Source of the DNA: Nemertoderma westbladi
Lineage: Eukaryota > Animalia > Xenacoelomorpha
DNA length: 64,000 nucleotides
Reading direction: 5' to 3'
Assembly: GCA_032718475.1 (NCBI GenBank)
Contig: JAUCBJ010002949.1
Span: forward strand, 1-64,000
The first letter of the stretch is position 1. Every line of letters starts with the position of its first letter. Shown here in pieces: positions 13,999 through 26,540 of the stretch. Under the pieces are notes generated by a model. It saw only the letters and a list, made by a program, of their open reading frames with translations. It had not been told where the DNA came from and ran no database searches. Both the position numbers and the translations under genes were made by a program.

Positions 13999-16861
13999 CC
14001 ACGCACCCACGCTGAAAGCACAGAGCAAACAGGGTGACATGGTCGCTCTGGCAATGGAATATAACATCGACATCATCTGCATCCAAGAACATCGGATTTG
14101 TCATGAAGACACTGCCATGAAGTACAATGACATTGGAAATGGATGGACGTTAGTAACAAGCTCAGCAGTAAGAAACTCGGCCAATGCATCAATTGGTGGA
14201 GTAGGAATTCTGCTAAGCCCATTTGCACTTAAGACCCTAAACAACATCGAATCTATAAATTCCAGGGTTATGATCGCAACATTTGATGGGAATCCCAAGA
14301 CAACAGTTATATGTTGCTACAGTCCAACCAATGCATCAGAGCCAGAACAAGCAGTCAAGTTTTATGAAGAACTGACTGGACTTATTAAGGACATCCCGAA
14401 ACACAATGTTAAAGTCATTGCTGGTGACCTGAATGCGCAAATTGGCCCAGAAGACATCAAGGGTTACACCTATAACACCAGTTCTAACAGAAATGGGTAC
14501 TTACTCTTAGACCTAATGGAAGAATGTGAATTGATACCAACAAACAACACATTCGAAAAGAGTAAGGGGAAGCTATGGACCTTTCAATACCCTAATGGAA
14601 CCAAAGCACAACTGGATTACATCCTTATAAACAAAAAGTGGAGAAATAGCATGATCAACTGCGAGGCATACAGCTCGTTCAACCTAATTGGTTCGGACCA
14701 CAGAATTGTGAATGCAGAGATCAGACTCAGTTTGAGAGCCAGCAAACCCAGGACAAGCAAGCAAATCAACTATGACTGGGAGAAACTCAGAACTGACAAT
14801 GCTGTAAAGGATGCTTATACAGTAGAAGTTCAAAACCGCTTTGAAGCACTTCAGTCAATGGATGAAGACCAATCCACCGATTCAATATACCAGAATATAA
14901 TAACAGCCCACAAGGAATCAGCTAAGAGGCATATCCCCCAGAAACCTAAACGAAAACAGTATGTGCCATGGCAAAACTCTGAGGTTACTTGTAAGAGAGA
15001 AGATCTTAAGATAGCCTACAAAGTTAAAACCGAACAACCAACAACCGAAAACATTAACAAGGTTGAGAAAGCTAAGGACGATCTTAAATTGGCCTACAAC
15101 ATCAGCCAGGAAAAGTACATACAGGATAAAACTGAAGCAATTACAACTGCTCACATACAGCAACAATCAAGACTTACCTGGCAAACTGTAAATGAGGTAT
15201 CTGGTCGGAAAAGTTGTGCAAAGGGGCGCCTCAAAGCCGATAGTCCTGAAGAACGTGTTGGGAAGTGGAAAAATCACTTCAGCAACTTGCTTGGGCAGCC
15301 ACCAAACATCGAGGTCAGCCCTACAAGGAAAATATATGACAAGACACTACCTATAGAAACAGGGGACTTCACACCTGCCGAACTCCAAAGAAGCATTAAA
15401 AGCATGTCCAATAATAAAGCGAGTGGATTAGATGAAATCCCAGCGGAGGTATGGAAAACCGGAGTGCTAAATAGACCATTATTGAATGTTTGCAACCGGA
15501 TGTTAAAAGGGGAAAAGCCACCACCAATTTGGACTAAAGGTCAACTAAAGCCTCTCCCCAAGAAAGGAGACCTCGGCATACCAACAAACTATCGTGGGAT
15601 CTGTCTGCTTGTGGTAGCTGCCAAAATATACAATAAAATGATTCTATATAGGATTAGGCCTCACATAGAGAAACTACTGCGTAAGAGCCAAAACGGATTT
15701 CGACCAAGTAGATCAACAATAGCTCAGATACTTGCACTACGGAGACTGATTGAAGGAATCAAGTCAAAGAATCTCCCCGCAGTCATGACTTTTGTGGACT
15801 TCAAGAAGGCATTCGACTCCATCCATAGAGGTAAAATGCTTGAAATCCTAAGAGCTTATGGAATACCAGAAGTAATTGTTGCTGGCATTGGATTGCTATA
15901 TTGTGACACAGAAGCGCAGGTACTCTCACCAGATGGTGAAACTGAGTTTTTCTCAATCCTGGCTGGCGTACTGCAAGGTGACACATTAGCACCATTACTA
16001 TTTGTAATTGTGCTGGATTACGCAATGAGGACGGCCACAAAGGGTGAAGATCTGGGATTCACACTTCAAGAACGCAGAAGTAGTAGATATCCGGCAACTA
16101 CAGTCACAGACACCGACTTTGCGGATGACATCGCCCTGCTCTCTAATACGCTAGCAGATGCACAGCTTCTACTAAATAAAGTGGAGAGGGCTGCTAAGGA
16201 GGTTGGATTGCATATAAATGCTACCAAGACCGAATTCATGACCTTTAATGTTGATGGAAACTTGACAACCATTGATAATAATCAACTAAGGCAGGTCGAT
16301 GACTTCCAGTACCTTGGATCATGGATAGAGAGTAGCAAAAAGGACATAGAAGTTAGGAAAGCAAAGGCTTGGGTAGCTCTATCAAAAATGGATACCATCT
16401 GGAAATCAGATCTCTCCAGGCACCTGAAGACCAAGTTCTTTCGAGCCACAGTGGAAAGTGTATTTTTATACGGGGGTGAGACCTGGATACTGACTAAATC
16501 ACTTGAACAACGAATTGATGGTTGCTACACAAGACTACTAAGGGCAGCCCTAAACATCAGCTGGAGACAACACATGACAAACGCCGAGCTTTATGGTACA
16601 ATACCACCTGTATCAACCACCCTCCGTGAACGCAGATTAAGATTCAGTGGGCACTGCTGGCGAAGTAAAGACGAGGTCATACCAGATCTACTTCTCTGGC
16701 AACCAACTCATGGAAAGCGTAGTCGTGGACGACCGGCCATAACATATATAGATCAACTTGAAAGGGATACTGAACTTGGGAGAAACGAAATTGCGACAAC
16801 TATGGAGAATCGGGAAGCCTGGAAGGATCTCATTTCCACTGTCCGAGTTCGCTCGACCTAG
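13999..16861 (+). CDS. APE endonuclease + reverse transcriptase ORF of the RTE element (N-terminal residues lost; the ORF-track start at 13883 lies in flanking DNA)
   Basis: IQEHR, AGDLNA, LDYIL, SDHR (APE); QNGFR, FVDFKKAFDSI, GVLQGDTLAP, DFADD, YLGS (RT); RRLRFSGHCWR and GRP C-terminal RTE motifs; no internal stops. Confidence 0.9.
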
Positions 16862-16870
16862 TAGTAGTAG
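13999..16870 (+). mobile_element. RTE-group non-LTR retrotransposon (family A), slightly 5'-truncated, young
   Basis: 13-bp TSD TATTATCATATTA at 13986-13998 and 16871-16883; (TAG)n tail; single APE-RT ORF. Confidence 0.93.
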
Positions 16871-18367
16871 TATTATCATATTATGACAAATGATATGATA
16901 ATAATTATATTGTTTGCCAAAATATGATAACTAGAAACGCAACGCAAGTGTTGCGGTAAGGGGCCCTTTTCACTGAGTTATGAAGACCCTGAAATTTGTA
17001 CGTTTTTTTGTATATATTCGGTTTGTTTATACCGTCGATTGGATCAACATTTCGGAGAGCTCGAGTAGAATTATAACCGGACATCTTGTCGGGTTTCTGC
17101 ACCTATTTATTAGTATGTATGTGTGTGGATATGTTTGTGGTTCCACTATAGCACTCAAGCAAATTTGAACGTCTCGCAGGATATAAATATACACACGTAC
17201 GTGTAGTGTCGCGCAGCGCGTGCGGCTGCCTATTCGAGAATGGTTAACCCGAGTACTCGACTCGTGCAACGCGAAGGCCCCAGCAAAATTGGGTTGAAAT
17301 TGAATAAAGGCTTCAAAAGTTATTATTGATTGAATTTTTCATTACAGAGAGACGGACAGACAAACAGACGGACATGATATTTTGCCATGATACTAATTGT
17401 AATTGAACGCTAGTAGCTTCACTCACTAATCGTGGATCGTTCCACAGTATATTAATTTAATACAACGTACGATGTTCCCCATAAGTTCCATCTATCTTTT
17501 GTTATTGGTTTATTTAATACGCATGACCATTCAGTTTGACAAAACATTAACTTTACTGTACATTCTTTGAAACGGAAATTTTAGCAAAAATTTTAAACTG
17601 ATGAAAAGGCAGTCTGTAAATTAGGCCATGTAGGCCTACTTTAAAATGTTTTTCAAATAAAATAATATATTCTATATAAAAAAACGTAACGGAAAACACT
17701 CTTTCACTCACTTTTTAGCAAAATTAAAATGTTATGTTCTCGTATTGAGTTTTTCGCATATAGGCACTCGGTTCGCTCGTATTAGAAAGTTAGCAACTCG
17801 TGCAAAACTCAACCACATTGACATAATAATAGTCGAATATTACTAAACTAAAAATGACATTGAAAACAGCGCTGTTTTCTGAATAGTTATTTTTATCGAA
17901 AAATATTAATATATACCCGACCTTGTTCGGTAAATCGAGCGTATCGTGGAAGCAGGCAAATAAATATGAAATTGTATGTTGAATTTTGCCGATCACATTG
18001 ATGGAACCTCGTTAAAATTTAGCTACATTAAAGACCATCCTACCAACCTAACATTACAATATTACAAAAAAACGAAATGATTTACTACTACTTTATCATT
18101 TTAATTAATCATCAATTATTATTCAATAATCGTTCAATCGTTAATAAATTAAATTAAATTTAACTTTACATAGTTAAATGAGTCCGCCTCCTCTATTTAT
18201 CAAACACAATTTCTGTAATTTTTGCCTTTTTGAATGCATGCGTTTCGACACTGTCTCTTTGATTTATCCAAACTTTGAGACTGCGCCATGTACATGTAAT
18301 TACTAACTATAATTACCTAATTACATTGGACAATAATGATTGTTCGATTAGTTGGATTTACCGTGTC

Positions 18368-19130
18368 GATCAACCCGGGAGACTCCTTAGTACCCGTTGG
18401 TTCATGCCCAACATACAGTGGCGGATCTAGAATTTCTCCAAGGGGGGTGAAAGGGGGTGAAAAAAAATTATACATCATCTATTATAGCGACAGCAAATTT
18501 GAACACTAGTGGTCGAATTTCTGGTTGAAAATGATGAACTCTGGGTTTTGTGGGTTTTATTATATCTTACAATATTAAATTATTCAATTTTAATTAAGGT
18601 TTCAATGACAAATGCCAATTTTTTTTTGAATTATTATATTAAAAGAAAAATTATTAATAGAAGGACTATTATTAATAGGAGGGCTGGGGCTGTTAATAAG
18701 GCTGGTGGGTATACTAGGGGTACCACCTACCTTACCTGTCTTACTTTCTTATTTTTCTTTGGACAAGCCTGGGCTGGGATAATGTGAATTCTATCTGGTC
18801 TGGATGCTAATGTTACTTTAACAAAGTTTGCCTTGTGGCTTGCCTGAGGAGACATTTTCATTAAAGTGAATATACAATAAAATGTAAAATGTGTATAAAT
18901 GTCATAGAAATGGGATCTTTGGGAGGGGGGTCACATGTTTTTATTTGGTTTTCTTATTATTTGCTTGTGTTCGTTAAAATCATAATTAAAAATTCAATAT
19001 TTTGCATCAGTTATTAAGTATAGTGACCGTTTCTCTCAGGGGGGGGGGAACGTGCCCCCCCTCTGGATCCGCCCCTGCCAACATAGTAACCATCTTATAA
19101 CCGTCTATCTATTCCAACCCGACGAACAGA
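18368..19130 (+). repeat. About 95-bp dispersed direct repeat (copy 1), split by a hAT MITE; copy 2 is at 24577-24671
   Basis: gatcaaccc.ggagactccttagtacc.gttggttcatgcccaacatagtaaccatctta...caacccgacgaacagaa occurs in both places. Confidence 0.85.
18416..19077. mobile_element. hAT-type MITE
   Basis: TIRs CAGTGGCGGATCTAG and CTGGATCCGCCCCTG; 8-bp TSD CCAACATA at 18408-18415 and 19078-19085; empty site visible near 24617. Confidence 0.9.
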
Positions 19131-20085
19131 ATATATCCGCCCGCGACTATACGATTCGCGACTCCAACCCCAACGTTACCCTCGTATTGGGTGGAATGAT
19201 TAGTTCCACCCAAGTTGATTATTGGGTGGAATCTTATTTAGGTCAGGTCAGGTCAGGTCCCCAGATCCTGCTACCAATATGGCAGTAATGTGGTACTACC
19301 TGTAGTTGTCAGCCCAGTAGGGCAATGGAATATAGTGGATCGTTCTGGCAATGGAATATAACATCGACATCATCTGCATCCAAGAACATCGGATTTGTCA
19401 TGAAGACACTGCATGAAGTACAATGACATTGGAAATGGATGGACGTTAGTAACAAGCTCAGCAGTAAGAAACTCGGCCAATGCATCAATTGGTGGAGTAG
19501 GAATTCTGCTAAGCCCATTTGCACTTAAGACCCTAAACAACATCGAGTCTATAAATTCCAGGGTTATGATTGCAACATTTGATGGGAATCCCAAGACAAC
19601 AGTAATATGTTGCTACAGTCCAACCAATGCCCCAGAGCCAGAACAAGCAGTCAAGTTTTATGAAGATCTGACTGGACTTAAAAAGGACATTCCGAAACAC
19701 AATATTAAAGTCATTGCTGGTGACCTGAATGCGAATTGGCGCAGAAAGCATCAAGGGTTACACCTATAACGCCAGTTCTAACAGAAATCTATTGCGTACT
19801 TACTTTTAGACCTAATGGAAGAATTTGAATTGATACCAACAAACAACACATTCGAAAAGAGTAAGGGGAAGCTATGGACCCAAACCACAACTGGATTACA
19901 TCCTTATAAACAAAAAGTGGAGAAACAGCATGATCAATAGCAAGGCATACAGCTCGTTCAACCTAATTTGTTCGGACCACAGAATTGTGACTGCAGAGAT
20001 CAGACTCAGTTTGAGAGCCAGCAAACCCAGGACAAGCAATCAAATCAACTATGACTGGGAGAAACTCAGAACTGACAATTCACTA

Positions 20086-23000
20086 CTACTACTAGGCCGA
20101 GCGAACTCGGACAGTGGAAATGAGATCCTTCCAGGCTTCCCGATTCTCCATAGTTGTCGCAATTTCGTTTCTCCCAAGTTCAGTATCCCTTTCAAGTTGA
20201 TCTATATATGTTATGGCAGGTCGTCCACGACTACGCTTTCCATGAGTTGGTTGCCAGAAAAGTAGATCTGGTATGACCTCGTCTTTACTTCGCCAGCAGT
20301 GCCCACTGAATCTTAATCTGCGTTCACGGAGGGTGGTTGATACAGGTGGTATTGTACCATAAAGCTCGGCTTTTGTCATGTGTTGTCTCCAGCTGATGTT
20401 TAGGGCTGCCCTTAGTAGTCTTGTGTAGCAACCATCAATTCGTTGTTCAAGTGATTTAGTCAGTGTCCAGCACCGTATATGTCTCACCCCCGTATAAAAA
20501 TACACTTTCCACTGTGGCTCGAAAGAACTTGGTCTTCAGGTGCCTGGAGAGATCTGATTTCCAGATGGTATCCATTTTTGATAGAGCTACCCAAGCCTTT
20601 GCTTTCCTAACTTCTATGTCCTTTTTGCTACTCTCTATCCACGATCCAAGGTACTGGAAGTCATCTACCTTCCTAAGTTGATTATTATCAATGGTTGTCA
20701 AGTTTCCATCAACATTAAAGGTCATGAATTCGGTCTTGGTAGCATTTATATGCAATCCAACCTCCTTAGCAGCCCTCTCCACTTTATTTAGTAGAAGCTG
20801 TGCATCAGCTAGCGTATTAGAGAGCAGGGCGATGTCATCCGCAAAGTCGGTGTCTGTGACTGTAGTTGCCGGATATCTACTACTTCTGCGTTCTTGAAGT
20901 GTGAATCCCAGATCTTCACCCTTTGTGGCCGTCCTCATTGCGTAATCCAGCACAATTACAAATAGTAATGGTGCTAATGTGTCACCTTGCAGTACGCCAG
21001 CCAGGATTGAGAAAAACTCAGTTTCACCATCTGGTGAGAGTACCTGCGCTTCTGTGTCACAATATAACAATCCAATGCCAGCAACAATTACTTCTGGTAT
21101 TCCATAAGCTCTTAGGATTTCAAGCATTTTACCTCTATGGATGGAGTCGAATGCCTTCTTGAAGTCCACAAAAGTCATGACTGCGGGGAGATTCTTTGAC
21201 TTAATTCCTTCAATCAGTCTCCGTAGTGCAAGTATATGAGCTATTGTTGATCTACTTGGTCGAAATCCGTTTTGGCTCTTACGCAGTACTACTACTACTA
21301 CTACTAGGATCGGCATGCTGCATTGCAGCTGCATTTTTAAGAATGCTGTGCCGGCTTGTCAACAAAATTGCACCGCCACAACTCCCTATCACCCATGACA
21401 TTTGTTAGATCATCCGCATCTTTAAGGCCAGTGTCCTTTAAGATGAGTCTCAAGAAAGTCATGGGCTGTCCACCATGCTTATTCACTCCATGAGGCTGCC
21501 AAAGTACAAGATTATGCACTGGCTGGTCCTCACGGCGAAAGCAATGTCCTGCAAAGCGGAGGCGATTTTGTTCTAGTGTCAAGCTTGGGGGAACCAATGA
21601 GACACCTCCAATGTTATATAGTGTCTGGTTGGAGATGTGTGCATTGTACTTGACACAATGTACCCGGCGTAGCATTCTTGTGAATGTGCCATCCAGAGAT
21701 TTGGTGTCCTCAGCAGTTAGAGCCCAACATGGACTCTCATAGAGAGGTACTGGAACTACTGCTGCTCTAAATAATCGGACCTTAAGTTTCCGATTAATTC
21801 TCGGTGACTTCCAAATCCTGGAAAGCCTATTCAAGGCTGCCCATGCCTTTCCCTTACGTATTCGATACGTATACATGCTCAAGTATACCATCCTTTGAGC
21901 TTATGCTCATCCGATCAGAGACTTGCTGAGGACTTTCAAAGTTAACTGTCAGAATTTTGGTCTTTCTGGAGTTAATAAAAAGACCAACACTAGAAGCAGC
22001 ATGTTCTAATGAGCTGAGGAGCCGCTGGGCTCCCTCTAATGATTCTGAGAGTACTCCTAAGTCATCAGCAAAGTCTAGATCAGTTAGGTACTTGGCAGGA
22101 TTTCCTCGACTTCTGGAGCCAGTAGGTGGAGTTATCATCACCCCATCATCATTATGATGATCTAAGGACATGCGTAGAACATAGTCAACCACAATAATGA
22201 ACAAGAATGGTGCAAGTGTGTCTCCTTGGAGTACGCCCCATAACACTTCAAATGGTTCTGTGTCACCGTCAACAGTAGACACAAATGTTGTCGAACCATC
22301 GTATACTGATCTGATTGCTGCAATAATTTCATCAGGAATCCCATATAATGAAAGTATGCTGAACATACGTGAGCGAGAGACTGAATCAAAGGCCTTGAAG
22401 AAGTCAACAAAGATAACAGCCAGATGCCTGTCTTTCTTTTTTGATAACTCTTCAATTATCCTTCTAAGTGCCAAAATGGGCTCCATGGTCCCACGACCTT
22501 TACGGAACCCATTCTGATTTCCACGTAGCAGTCTCTCAATGGGATCCCTGATGCGATTTAATAGAATTCTATTGTATAGTTTTGCAGCAATCGAGATCAA
22601 TGAGATTCCCCGAAAAGAACCATAGAGTGTTAGGTTGCCCTTCTTGGGGACTGGCACCAACTTATTTGTTTTCATTTCTTGTGGGACTCTTGTTGTACGG
22701 TACATGTCTACTATGATGGGATAGATGAGCTTTAAACACTCAGGTATTTTAAAGACCTCAGGGGGAACACCATCTACTCCACTGGCACGATTGGTCTTAA
22801 TGCTCTTTGCAGCAGCCTTCACTTCTGCAAAGGAGATATCGCCAATGGGAATATCTGGGAGTACAGACTCAGACACTTTTACTTCTATAAAGTTATCAGG
22901 CAATACCCTGTCATTATTGAGGAGCTTTTCAAAGTGGGCTTTCCAACCATTGAGGCGATCGGCTGGTGATTCAGCCTTAACCTTGGTGGTTGGTTGGCTT

Positions 23001-24013
23001 TTCCGCCCAGTAAGCAGATTGATCGATTTCCATGCCTGGGATGATTGCCTGCTGTCGTCAGCATCATTGATGGCATCAACCTGTTGGTTTATTAGCTCCT
23101 GTAGATTAACAGAGTACTGCCTGTTCAGGGACCTAGATGCAGCTTTAACTGCATTCTTGGCCGCTGTAGTCTGTTTGAGTCGGGACTCTTTCTGCGCCTT
23201 ATGAAGGTCATTTCGGCACTTCTGAATTTTGTTGTCAGTCCAGGGGGCCCTTTTCCTGTTTCGAGGGTATACAGGAACTGTTTCTGCAGCTGCTAACTTA
23301 ACTGCTTCTGTAAAGGCAGTATAGCCCTCACAGTGATCTGCCGCCTCAGAGGCAAGAGCCTCATACCTGTTGCTCAGCTGTAGTGTGAAGCTGGATCTCA
23401 CACTTGGCTGTTGCAACAGAGAAGACGCAGTAGTTTCTCTATGTGAGGCCTAATCCTATATAGAATCATTTTATTGTATATTTTGGCAGCTACCACAAGC
23501 AGACAGATCCCACGATAGTTTGTTGGTATGCCGAGGTCTCATTTCTTGGGGAGAGGCTTTAGTTGACCTTTAGTCCAAATTGGTGGTGGCTTTTCCCCTT
23601 TTAACATCCGGTTGCAAACATTCAATAATGGTCTATTTAGCACTCCGGTTTTCCATACCTCCGCTGGGATTTCATCTAATCCACTCGCTTTATTATTGGA
23701 CATGCTTTTAATGCTTCTTTGGAGTTCGGCAGGTGTGAAGTCCCCTGTTTCTATAGGTAGTGTCTTGTCATATATTTTCCTTGTAGGGCTGACCTCGATG
23801 TTTGGTGGCTGCCCAAGCAAGTTGCTGAAGTGATTTTTCCACTTCCCAACACGTTCTTCAGGACTATCGGCTTTGAGGCGCCCCTTTGCACAGCTTTTCC
23901 GACCAGATACCTCATTTACAGTTTGCCAGGTAAGTCTTGATTGTTGCTGTATGTGAGCAGTTGTAATTGCTTCAGTTTTATCCTGTATGTACTTTTCCTG
24001 GCTGATTTCCTGG
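20086..24013 (-). mobile_element. 5'-truncated RTE family-A copy inserted antisense into the older copy
   Basis: 14-bp TSD CTGACAATTCACTA at 20072-20085 and 24014-24027; (TAG)n tail at the left end; nearly identical to 15100-16870; about 10-bp insertion frameshift near 20475. Confidence 0.92.
21289..23424 (-). mobile_element. 5'-truncated RTE family-B element nested in the family-A copy
   Basis: 8-bp TSD ACGCAGTA at 21281-21288 and 23425-23432; RT ORF pieces 21854-23416 and 21337-21891 (FVDFFKAFDSV, GVLQGDTLAP, DFADD, RLRFAGHC); YLG region deleted; (TAG)n tail. Confidence 0.92.
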
Positions 24014-24576
24014 CTGACAATTCACTAAAGCATGCTTACACAGTAGAAGTTCAAAACCTCTTTGAAGCACCTCAGTCTGTGGATGAACACCAGTCCGCCG
24101 ATTCAATATACCAGAATATAATAAAAGCCCACAAGGAATCAGCTAAGAGGCATATCCCCCAGAAACCCCAACGAAAACAGTATGTGCCATTGCAAAACTC
24201 TGAGGTTACTTGTAAGAGAGAAGATCTTAAGATAGGTAGATTATATATATAGATAGATAGATTGGGTAGCTCTATCAACAATGGACACCATCTGGAAATC
24301 AGATCTCTCCAGGCACCTGAAGACTAAGTTCTTTCGAGCCAGTGGAAAGTGGATTTTTATACGGGGATGAGACCTGGACACTGACTAAATCACTTGAACA
24401 CCGAATTGATGGTTGCTACAAAAGACTACTAAGGGCAGCCCTAAACATCAGCTGGAGACAAGACATGACAAACGCCGAGCTTTATGGTACAATACCACCT
24501 GTATCAACCACCACCCCCCGTGAACGCAGATTAAGATTCAGTGGGCACTGCTGGCGAAGTAAAGAAGATCATACCA

Positions 24577-24671
24577 GATCAACCCTGGAGACTCCTTAGT
24601 ACCGGTTGGTTCATGCCCAACATAGTAACCATCTTATTAACCGTTTATCATTTTCAACCCGACGAACAGAA
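24577..24671 (+). repeat. Dispersed direct repeat copy 2 (empty site for the hAT MITE)
   Basis: Matches 18368-18415 plus 19086-19130 with a single CCAACATA. Confidence 0.85.
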
Positions 24672-25657
24672 GGTGAATTCGATGTGACAAGGCAGATCGT
24701 ATTATCACTTAGTTCCTTTAGAAGAAGATGATAAACATTATCTCGGAGGTTTTGATTCGGTTGATGGTGGAAGGAAAGTATCCCGATTGGGTGCGGTGCC
24801 GGTAGACGGGTTCGGTGGGGTGGCTATTGGAACCAATAAAGGATTATTTGTTTACGAAACTGTCCGTAACTGTTTGATTTATATTAAACTCTAACTCAAT
24901 CAGCTCCACTTATACTTTGAGGTTTAACTAACTAACTATTACCGGTTTGTATCTCTTTATTTAACATATTTTGTTACTGTACAGTACATTATACAGGTAT
25001 ATCAACCTATTGGCGCTCTGGTGGTATCCTCGTAACGTTGTAAAATAATCAATAACTTAGAAACAATAAAGTTCTGGAACACATCTTGAGTTTTCTCCGT
25101 TGTTCTAACTTGTATGATAACCAAACAGTGTGATTTCAATAGCTCTTGAAATATTCAGTTAAAGAGAAACAACTTTTATTATCACTCACCGGCTTATCTC
25201 CTACAGTATATCTATACCGGCATCAGTACACAACCACCGTCTCACACTGTCTCTCTCACTCAAAATACTGTATGAATGACTCCAACTATAATACTCAATT
25301 ATTAATACTACCTTACTTAAAACCATTGATAAAATTGCAAAACTACTTCTACAACCGTGGTATTGTAAGATTGTGGGGCGAGCCGCGAGGTTGGCGTAGC
25401 CTTAGCCAACTGACACTGTTGGGGAGGGTCAACGGTTGTCGTCGTTTCGTTACAATTTTGACATGCTAATAACTTTATCGGATTTAAAGCTCTCGAGTTG
25501 GACATTTGTAGGCACCAATAAGACCAAAAGTTGCGATTTTTGAGAGATTACCAGGCACAGTCAGTTTAAAAGTTTCACGCTAGAGGGCTACGATTCTGCG
25601 TACACAAAAGTTGAACAACATTTATAAATGTATAGCGCTGAGCGGAGGCGGCATTCA

Positions 25658-26540
25658 ATTAGCGGCGATACACAACGGTAGCCATACACAGATAGCGGCG
25701 ATACACAACCTATTAGCGGCGATACACAACGGTAGCCATACACAGATAGCGGCGATACACAACCTATTAGCGGCGATACACAACGGTAGCCATACACAGA
25801 TAGCGGCGATACACAACCTATTAGCGGCGATACACAACGGTAGCCATACACAGATAGCGGCGATACACAACCTATTAGCGGCGATACACAACCTTCTCCC
25901 ATATCTAAGATAGCGGCGATACACAACCTTCTCCCATATCTAAGATAGCGGCGATACACAACCTTCTCCCATATCTAAGATAGCGGCGATACACAACCTT
26001 CTCCCATATCTAAGATAGCGGCGATACACAACCTTCTCCCATATCTAAGATAGCGGCGATACACAACCTTCTCCCATATCTAAGATAGCGGCGATACACA
26101 ACCTTTCCCATATCTAAGATAGCGGCGATACACAACCTTCTCCCATATCTAAGATAGCGGCGATACACAACCTTCTCCCATATCTAAGATAGCGGCGATA
26201 CACAACCTTCTCCCATATCTAAGATAGCGGCGATACACAACCTTCTCCCATATCTAAGATAGCGGCGATACACAACCTTCTCCCATATCTAAGATAGCGG
26301 CGATACACAACCTTCTCCCATATCTAAGATAGCGGCGATACACAACCTTCTCCCATATCTAAGATAGCGGCGATACACAACCTTCTCCCATATCTAAGAT
26401 AGCGGCGATACACAACCTTCTCCCATATCTAAGATAGCGGCGATACACAACCTTCTCCCATATCTAAGATAGCGGCGATACACAACCTTCTCCCATATCT
26501 AAGATAGCGGCGATACACAACCTTCTCCCATATCTAAGAT
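25658..26540. repeat. Compound minisatellite: 4 x 54 bp followed by about 19 x 35 bp
   Basis: Both units share the core TAGCGGCGATACACAAC; 35-bp unit agatagcggcgatacacaaccttctcccatatcta. Confidence 0.96.

Larger units (their letters stand above)
19345..24580 (+). mobile_element. Older decayed RTE family-A copy (outer host of the nest); pieces at 19345-20085, 24014-24235 and 24261-24580
   Basis: Colinear with 14047-16690, with frameshifts, a large internal deletion filled by AGAT-rich sequence near 24235-24260, and a missing 3' end. Confidence 0.88.

Noticed and set aside
25588-25959. Repetitive ORFs here and at 37555-39082
   Set aside because: Satellite translation artefacts
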